DNA of 64,000 bases from a virus. The position numbers and the translations under genes were made by a program. Shown in pieces: positions 57,435-64,000 of this stretch. Location of the stretch: IMG/VR virus record IMGVR_UViG_3300025131_009739, positions 101,873 to 165,872 of that record, one strand, 5' to 3'. Under the pieces are notes generated by a model, which searched no databases, was not told the origin of the DNA, and saw only the letters and a program-made list of their open reading frames with translations. Each line of letters begins with the position of its first letter. The stretch's first letter is position 1.

Positions 57435-57989
57435 TCAATGATCTCGGGTACTTACGATCTCATAGTAGGGGTTGTCGTCGATGCGTAGACAGGCACCAGT
57501 CTCAAATGTGAGAGCATCGATCAAGTCTGCATACCTAGCCACACCAGAGGTTACTACTTCTCCTGTGGTGGACTTCCAGTCTTCCTCTGTTATGGCACTG
57601 ACGATATATAAGCTGCCATCAATACACTTTATCAAATCACCGACTTGCATTGATTACCTTCAACTGAATAATGGGTGTCCAAAATGTTCCATAATCTCCC
57701 CAAGCTACTTTACAGGTTGGACCGACTCCTCCGCCTGTATCCCAACCCATTTCCACTATGATACCAGTTAGGTTTTTGTGATACGTTGTATCTGTTTTCT
57801 TTCTTACCAAATCACCGACTTGCATTAGTTCAACACCTTCAAGTGCGAGGGGCGTACGCATAAGTAAGTCTCTCCCGTGTTTAGACACAGGATCTCACAG
57901 CGTAATCCGCCAAACTCATTACGAAACATCTTCAGAATATGATAATATCCCGCGTGCATATATAACTTTACTAAACTACCGACTTTCAT
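57435..57989 (-). CDS. Three coupled 'VGDL' mini-genes (57435-57650, 57637-57825, 57825-57989)
   Basis: MQVGDLI, MQVGDLV and MKVGSLV starts with overlapping junctions. Confidence 0.75.
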
Positions 57990-57996
57990 AATAATC

Positions 57997-58344
57997 TCAG
58001 TAATCTATCGCACGATTGACATGAATATCAAAACCGTAGCCGCGTTGCTCGATGTCCTCATAGTCCTCACCTACACGGACAAACCTAAACATTTCACAGT
58101 TTTCCATATCCTCATCCATCTCACAAGTGAACTTTTCGATCACGTCCACGTCTGGGTAGCCATCATACCACTTGATACTTGACCATCTGACAAGAAGATG
58201 CCCTTCTCCCTGATAGTCTTGATCCAGTTCACAATGATCTGCGAATACCAGACCCTTTGCTCCGTCATTGGTTGCGAGGTGTGCCAAAAACTCAGGCATA
58301 ATCTCTTTGTTTACTGCCAGAACTACTTCTGATCTGTAACCCAT
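57997..58344 (-). CDS. Small phage protein (MGYRSEV type)
   Basis: MGYRSEV...IKWY...FVRVGED; has its own promoter. Confidence 0.7.
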   Translation of the reverse strand: MGYRSEVVLAVNKEIMPEFLAHLATNDGAKGLVFADHCELDQDYQGEGHLLVRWSSIKWYDGYPDVDVIEKFTCEMDEDMENCEMFRFVRVGEDYEDIEQRGYGFDIHVNRAIDY

Positions 58345-58438
58345 TTTCTTTCTCTCTCTTTCTCGATTGTTATATTAGTATTATAGCACAGTAAAACTGA
58401 CTTGTCAAGAACTTTTTTTATTCAATGATTCTGCATAT

Positions 58439-59686
58439 TTATGCAACTTTGGGTTCGATGGCTACAATGCGCTCGTTGGTCTTGAAGTACGGGCGTGCGG
58501 CGTGCTCCTTAGTGGTCATCCACATACGTTGACATTTGCTCGCCTTGGGTTTGGGTGCTTCAAGGTCAGTCAATAAAATATGACCATCGAAGTTGCGAGA
58601 GTTTACATACTCTGTCGGCGCATTGAAACAGGTTCCTCCACAACGTACACGCTCCCATTTGCGCTTCTCTCCCTTCTTCCAAACATAGACCTTATCCTCT
58701 GCAACACCAGTATCAAAGGGAATAACCGTGAAAGAAGCAAGATCTGACAGACTATTCAACTCTGCGAAGAAGCAGGCAAGCATAGCATCACTGACTGAAC
58801 CAGACTGGTCAATACTAATAGCGATACTAGCCTGACGGCGAACCTTTTTGCCTGGATGAATGTACGGATACCTTTTATTGATTCGCTTGACTGTGCTTGT
58901 CTTGTTTGCTCTCTGTGAAGTTTTCACAAAGTATCGCAGGACTTTACGCCAGTCAATAGTGCCAGAGATGCGATCAAGGATCTCTTTGCGTACAGCAGAA
59001 GGGACAGTTCCCCAGCTATTAGACTTACTAGCTTCCTCAGATGCTTTCTTGAGTGCGTCTTTCAGACGCTCCTTAGCAATCTCTTTTGTGGTCTGATCAA
59101 CTTCTTCCCACTGTTCATGGGAGTCGAACTGTCCGTTACCGGGCATGCCTCCACCTTCGCCTTCGCCAGGTTCGCCACCGTCACCCTTGCAGTCGCCCTT
59201 TTCGCCTTTGCCCTTGCCTTTCTCTTTGTCAAAGTTCTCGTCTTTCTTGAGTTTTTTGAGGTATTGCTCGGCAGACAGATGAGGCTCATACTCTGCGAAC
59301 ATATCCTTTCCAGGCATAAGACAGCCTTCAGGCAACTGTCCCTGCAAGTGACTGTTGATAGCCAAGTCTGTAGCATAGTTCCACAGCATCATATTCTCGC
59401 CGTCAGGTCTGCGACCTGTCACATGCTCAAAGATAAGATGATAAAACTCATGTTTCAATACCGCAGTACGCTCTATATCTGTGAGTCGAGTAAAGAACTC
59501 TGGGTTATACCACATATGAAACTGAGCAGACTTAGGATCAACAAAGACTGCTGCTGTGGGTATACCTCTGTTCTCGGACTTGTCAATACGACGGGACAAG
59601 GCTGCAAAGAACGGTTCATTCATAAGCAGGCGCGCAACGTGCATATTCAAGTCAAAGGGTGTGGTTTCTTTTGTTTCTGCTTCCAC
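58439..59686 (-). CDS. DUF2201-like metallopeptidase plus vWA protein
   Basis: LKHEFYH, WNYATDLAIN, IDQSGS, GGT.F, LLTD; likely GTG start at 59686 below the promoter. Confidence 0.85.
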   Translation of the reverse strand: MEAETKETTPFDLNMHVARLLMNEPFFAALSRRIDKSENRGIPTAAVFVDPKSAQFHMWYNPEFFTRLTDIERTAVLKHEFYHLIFEHVTGRRPDGENMMLWNYATDLAINSHLQGQLPEGCLMPGKDMFAEYEPHLSAEQYLKKLKKDENFDKEKGKGKGEKGDCKGDGGEPGEGEGGGMPGNGQFDSHEQWEEVDQTTKEIAKERLKDALKKASEEASKSNSWGTVPSAVRKEILDRISGTIDWRKVLRYFVKTSQRANKTSTVKRINKRYPYIHPGKKVRRQASIAISIDQSGSVSDAMLACFFAELNSLSDLASFTVIPFDTGVAEDKVYVWKKGEKRKWERVRCGGTCFNAPTEYVNSRNFDGHILLTDLEAPKPKASKCQRMWMTTKEHAARPYFKTNERIVAIEPKVA

Positions 59687-59781
59687 TTGTTCTTTCTCTT
59701 TTTCGATTGTCATTGTACTAATGATACCACAGTTGATGTAAGTTGTCAAGCATTTTTTTTCTTCAATGATAACAAGGAGTT

Positions 59782-59800
59782 AGGGGGGCTTTCGCCCCCC
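59782..59800 (-). other. GC hairpin between the AAA and vWA genes
   Basis: GGGGGGC-GAAA-GCCCCCC; no clear U-tract, so terminator function is uncertain. Confidence 0.5.
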
Positions 59801-59815
59801 ATCGAGAAAGATTGT

Positions 59816-60964
59816 TTATTTCTCTTCTTCCTTCTTATCATCAGGGTTGTCTCCCGTCAGGAGTTCTACCAAGTGAGAGCTAACAGCCCTGCCATCTACC
59901 TGACACTTATGGAGTTTGATGGTATTAGCCATCTCTCCTTCCCCGAGTACAGTCCACAGTTTCATGGCTACCTCACTCGGGAGTGCGACGAAGTATGTGG
60001 CAAGGTTGCTGACCTGTTCTTCTGACAGTTCATCTTTGAAGCACTCATTTGCCTGCATCTTTTCTACCAGAGCAGAGTGATCATTGATACCAAAGTCTTT
60101 GACCAGTTTGATGTTGCCTTTGTCAATGATGTCCTCGGGAGTGACAACTTTAGCGTAGTTCTCAACATAATCGTTGAAGGCTACAGCCGCTTCAAAGCCC
60201 ACAAAGCCAGAGGACAGGTTGAACAGTGTAGCACTAGCGCCCTCTTCGAGCAGCTTAGTGCGGTCCAGTACGGTACTAAGCCGGTCCCAGGAACGACGGG
60301 AAGGATATACCTTATTGGGTTCAAAATCAGACAAGTGTTCGAGATGATTGCGATTGTTGTTCACAAAATCCCATACTGTAACAGCAACACGGTCCTTTGC
60401 CCAATCAAGCCAATCTTCTACGGTGGGCTCTACATCATAGACAGTCCAGCGATCAATCTCGGCAGGGTCCATCTCTCCAACCTGATACTGTTCGCCATGC
60501 TCGCCGCCATTGATGGCAGCGCACACAACTGTACCAGGGTGCAGTCGATTTCCGTTGAGGGTGCGACTGTCGGTAAGCTGGAAGATGCCCTGACGGACCT
60601 CTGGCGTAGCACGGTCTACTTCATCAAGGAACAGGATGCAAGGATTATCACATGCAAACTGAAACCAATCAGGAGGACAGAAGGAAGTAACATCGCCGTC
60701 TGTCTTAGGTAGACCGATCAGGTCGCCCTCTGTCATTTGACTAGCGCGGCGCTCGATTACCCGGTATGCAGGCAGATCTGTCTTGTCGTCGCGCACTACG
60801 ATACGTTTGTCATCCCAAGCCAACTTCTCAGCAGTCTGATACACTACCTGTGACTTGCCAATGCCGTGCCTTCCGCGCAGCATAATGGGATAGATTTTAC
60901 TGTCTTGTTCCCCCGTGATAACGAAGGGTGCAACCAGTGAAAATGTTTTGAAATCAATCGCCAT
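59816..60964 (-). CDS. MoxR-like AAA+ ATPase
   Basis: GRHGIGKS Walker A, LFLDEVDR Walker B, MDPAEIDRW, PSRRSW. Confidence 0.85.
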   Translation of the reverse strand: MAIDFKTFSLVAPFVITGEQDSKIYPIMLRGRHGIGKSQVVYQTAEKLAWDDKRIVVRDDKTDLPAYRVIERRASQMTEGDLIGLPKTDGDVTSFCPPDWFQFACDNPCILFLDEVDRATPEVRQGIFQLTDSRTLNGNRLHPGTVVCAAINGGEHGEQYQVGEMDPAEIDRWTVYDVEPTVEDWLDWAKDRVAVTVWDFVNNNRNHLEHLSDFEPNKVYPSRRSWDRLSTVLDRTKLLEEGASATLFNLSSGFVGFEAAVAFNDYVENYAKVVTPEDIIDKGNIKLVKDFGINDHSALVEKMQANECFKDELSEEQVSNLATYFVALPSEVAMKLWTVLGEGEMANTIKLHKCQVDGRAVSSHLVELLTGDNPDDKKEEEK

Positions 60965-61124
60965 TTATTTTTCCTCTTTCTCGATTGTTATGATACTATT
61001 GTAGCAAATGTTTGCGCTGTTGTCAAGTATTTTCTTTCTCAATGATTTCAATGACTTGCGTTTCCTTGTACTATAAGTAGTTGATTTCATTGGATAAAAA
61101 ATATTTTCGATTGCTGAAATATTG

Positions 61125-61880
61125 TTAGGCTACTGCCTGTTCTTCTGTTATTTCTTCGCGGGCTTGGGCTTCTTCCTCATGACGACGAACCACGTAGTAA
61201 TGACCTTCGTCTCTCAGCCTTTGGCGAAAACGCTTTATCGTGTCTTTGTCTGGTTCGTCAAACCAACCATCAGGAGGCTCAACTTTCTCTGAAGGCACAG
61301 CAATATCGTACTCATGTCTTTGCCTTTCGTTATAGCACAAATCAGGGTGATAGGGCATGCCGACTTCCAAGTTAGTGTACCCATAGCGATCTTTGACTTG
61401 CATCTTTGCAACGAAACAGTTAGTGCCGTAATAGTTCTTTTTGTTCTGGTGATCAATCCTGTCCCACACAATATGAGTTATGAACCCCACCGCTGGAACA
61501 ACATTGTAGTTTTCATCGTAGTATTCCTCAAGATGAATGAGAGCACCGATTCCAAGTCCAGTCGCCTTGATATGCTCATACGCGGCTGCGCGATATACAA
61601 TAGCAAGGTCAGTCTCTACTTCGAGATGCGCTTTTATCTCTTCACAGGTTGTGACGTTGTGACCTTCTCTTCTACAATAGCTACAAGAGCGCGTTTTCTT
61701 GTTCTTCTGTTCTCTATCGTATTGGGCAACATAATAGCTATCATCGCCGTTCTCTTTACGATCTTTTTCTATACTCTTTGCTCTGTCGGGACAACTAGAC
61801 CTATTGTGTCCTCTTTCCCAACAATGGCTGCAAGTTACAGTGCGAATGTAGTTGCCCTGTTCATCTCTAAAATATGTCAT
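61125..61880 (-). CDS. Protein with two CCHC zinc knuckles
   Basis: CSHCWERGHNRSSC and CSYCRREGHNVTTC (C-x2-C-x4-H-x4-C). Confidence 0.75.
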   Translation of the reverse strand: MTYFRDEQGNYIRTVTCSHCWERGHNRSSCPDRAKSIEKDRKENGDDSYYVAQYDREQKNKKTRSCSYCRREGHNVTTCEEIKAHLEVETDLAIVYRAAAYEHIKATGLGIGALIHLEEYYDENYNVVPAVGFITHIVWDRIDHQNKKNYYGTNCFVAKMQVKDRYGYTNLEVGMPYHPDLCYNERQRHEYDIAVPSEKVEPPDGWFDEPDKDTIKRFRQRLRDEGHYYVVRRHEEEAQAREEITEEQAVA

Positions 61881-61955
61881 CCAGATCCTCTCTCATTTTT
61901 TGAACGTGCTCCCATTATAGCACGGTCGATTACGATTGTCAAGAAAAAAATTTCC

Positions 61956-62968
61956 TCAATGATTTCCGGCACTTACCACTGTTACGTTCGGTGGAATGTC
62001 CGGGTTGCAGGGAAATGTTTTATGTTCTCCGTCTGTTGTTATTATAGTAATATATTTTGCCTTGTCATATTGTCGCGTGAACCTAGCTATAACAACACCA
62101 CAAAACTCCTGCTTGTACAGATCAAGGAACTCAACACTGAGCTTATATCCCTTATAATCTACTCTCACCAGATCACCCACCTTCACTGATAACCTCCGGT
62201 TCATTTTCTTCTGTTACCCAGGCATATTGACCATCATCCCACACAGCCCAATATCTAACTTCTTCTTCTCTCTTGCAAGGATCATGGGGATTTTCCACGA
62301 TCACATGCTCGATCTTGCAGATAAGCCCGGTGCTGACTGGACCTCCGCACTCCATATTATCTACACACTGTATCAAATCACCGACTTGCATTTATGATCT
62401 CCAAGTCCATTTCAAGATACCTACGCGGGTGTTTGAATCCGTTGAGCTTGATTCCCCACGTACAAGATTCCTGACCACAGAGATCCTTGAGGTGAGGGAT
62501 ATTATTTCCGTAAGTTGTACATTCAATAACCAAGCCTATTGAACCTCTTGGCACGCCAATGGAAGCTCTCGTTATTCTTACTAAATCACCGATCCTCATA
62601 AAACCTTCAGACTCCACGCGCCCCACCAACTAACACCATCAAGCTCAGAGTACCCCGTGTTGAACCATTTGACCTCACATTCATATCTCAACTCTGGATT
62701 ACAGTGCAGGCCAGGGCGGGTAGATTCTTTTACCTGTAATACGATGCCGCGCCAGTTTGTGTGACTGCCTGCCTGAACTAAATCACCGACTTGCACTTAC
62801 AATCTCCAAACATGCGCCTGTCAAACGATGATACTCCACAGGATTCTCATACCTTACGACTATATCACCGAGAACTGGTTCTATTTTCCATACCATAGCT
62901 AGTTTCCCTTGTCGGGCTGCGCCAATGTAGGTGTTGATCACCAGATCTCCAACTCTGAAGTTTGGCAT
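61956..62968 (-). CDS. Five coupled 'VGDL' mini-genes (61956-62186, 62173-62391, 62378-62599, 62596-62796, 62783-62968)
   Basis: VKVGDLV, MQVGDLI, MRIGDLV, VQVGDLV and FRVGDLV starts with overlapping junctions. Confidence 0.75.
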
Positions 62969-62969
62969 T

Positions 62970-63164
62970 TTACTCTTCCTCGATTACCACTGAAGCAGAA
63001 CACTCTTGGCAACGAGCAGTAGCCAAGTCGGATTCAATCGGACAGCCAGAAGCCTCCATGATATCTAAACAGTCTCCATTTTCATCCAAGAACCAAGTCT
63101 CGGGGACCATAGCAGTCATGACAAACTCTTTATGATCAGGATTGTTAGGGCATCGCAGTTTCAT
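62970..63164 (-). CDS. Small zinc-binding protein
   Basis: CPNNPDH...CQEC; has its own promoter. Confidence 0.65.
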   Translation of the reverse strand: MKLRCPNNPDHKEFVMTAMVPETWFLDENGDCLDIMEASGCPIESDLATARCQECSASVVIEEE

Positions 63165-63204
63165 ATTTTTCTCTCTCTTTCTCGATTATTATGTTACCAT
63201 TATA

Positions 63205-63966
63205 TCAAATGGTCGCCCATTTGTCAAGTTTTTTTTCGCGCTCGATAAGTTCCCGTATTTGTTGAACATTTTCGATTGTCGCTGGAACTAAATGATCTTT
63301 TGATATCGCAAACATCGAACCAACCACATTTGACCAGTTGACAAAATAGTAATAGGGGTTCTCGTCCAACACTATGCCCAAGCCATAATCTTCAGAACTT
63401 ATATCTTGCCATCTGCCTCCAGTCATCCTACCTACAGCAATAGGATCATAAACAACTAAATCACCGACTTTCACTTAGAACCCTCAAACCATCTTTGGCG
63501 TAAATACAAGTGATGCCAGGAAAACGAATCTCCCAACAGTCCCCTTCCCATGTCTCTCTGATAAGTACACCAATCTCCCCAACAGAACCTTTGGGTCCAA
63601 AACACGTTGTCTCTATTAGATCACCGACTTTCACTTACAACCTCCAAGTTCACAACATGAGTCCAAGTAGGATCGCTGCCGTCGAAGGGCACCCACCAAA
63701 CACATCTGTCGCCTACGCGAGTTACAATGCCAAGCTGTCGTTCATCCTTACGACCAGCCCGATAGTTGTATAACACTAAATCACCGGCTTTCACTTAGCA
63801 ACTCCAACTGGCTATAGGGCAGGGAAGTAGGTTGACCATCCCAAAAAACTTCGGCGCGCCTGAGAGACTCATGAATACTGTTGTCCGTGATTCTCAGGAA
63901 TATCCCAACGTCGTCGCGTTGTTCAATGCCGTACCACTTTACTTTTACGAGATCTCCGCGCTTCAT
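63205..63966 (-). CDS. Four coupled 'xGDL' mini-genes (63205-63474, 63461-63634, 63621-63794, 63781-63966)
   Basis: Two are 57 aa and absent from the track (VKVGDLIETT..., VKAGDLVLYN...); three end in SESR-stop overlapping the next start. Confidence 0.75.
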
Positions 63967-64000
63967 ACTAATCTACTCTCAAGAATGGATCGCTTTGAAT

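Larger units (their letters stand above)
53362..63227 (-). promoter_or_regulatory. Thirteen consensus sigma70 early promoters (TTGACA-N17, extended -10)
   Basis: At 53362-53390, 53761-53789, 54062-54090, 54705-54733, 55697-55725, 56431-56459, 56686-56714, 57382-57410, 58380-58408, 59721-59749, 60998-61026, 61914-61942 and 63199-63227. All have TTGACA, a 17 bp spacer and TGn before a TATAAT-like hexamer. Confidence 0.9.

Noticed and set aside
53951-57438. ORFs or N-terminal extensions running through promoters (53951-54331, 55667-55834, 56676-56894, 57340-57438)
   Set aside because: They translate the promoter module itself (KKMLDK...CYN); real starts lie downstream of the -10
59117-62189. 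Long plus-strand ORFs (302, 211 and 291 aa)
   Set aside because: Antisense shadows of well-supported minus-strand genes, with no recognisable motifs
54812-63966. Recurring AAATCACCGACTT repeat as a CRISPR array or integron attC sites
   Set aside because: Units are roughly 160-270 nt coding sequences, the repeat is short and degenerate, and no cas operon, integrase or attC palindrome is visible
1-64000. Stop-codon reassignment
   Set aside because: Conserved enzymes are full length in the standard code, and TAG/TGA stops abut the next starts

Overview
This 64 kb window looks like part of a large (jumbo-type) tailed-phage genome read in the standard code, with almost every gene on the minus strand. 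The host is probably Gram-negative, and Myxococcota/deltaproteobacteria-like genes hint at its lineage (inference). The AT-rich left part (1 to ~52.7 kb) begins with a baseplate-like amidase, a tubulin/FtsZ-family GTPase and a phage late sigma factor. It continues with a ~26.6 kb nucleotide-sugar/glycosyltransferase island (Gmd/Fcl, aminotransferase, RfbH plus a YerE-like ThDP enzyme, two NeuB-family synthases, NeuA, methyltransferases, about six glycosyltransferases, IscA, radical SAM, FKBP). It ends with a PD-(D/E)XK nuclease, PIN-PhoH, ClpP beside a tmRNA, nucleotidyltransferases, a Cys-repeat/vWA lipoprotein, tRNA-Arg(UCU) and MlaC. After a poly-G tract at ~52.8 kb the sequence becomes more GC-rich and looks like an early region. 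That region has 13 near-perfect sigma70 promoters with a shared upstream box, about 17 short 'MKVGDLV' paralogues joined by conserved overlapping junctions, a MoxR AAA/vWA pair, and a ~560 nt promoter-driven, highly structured non-coding RNA candidate (55845-56402), the most striking unexplained element. All calls come from motif reading by eye; no database searches or folding programs were run.
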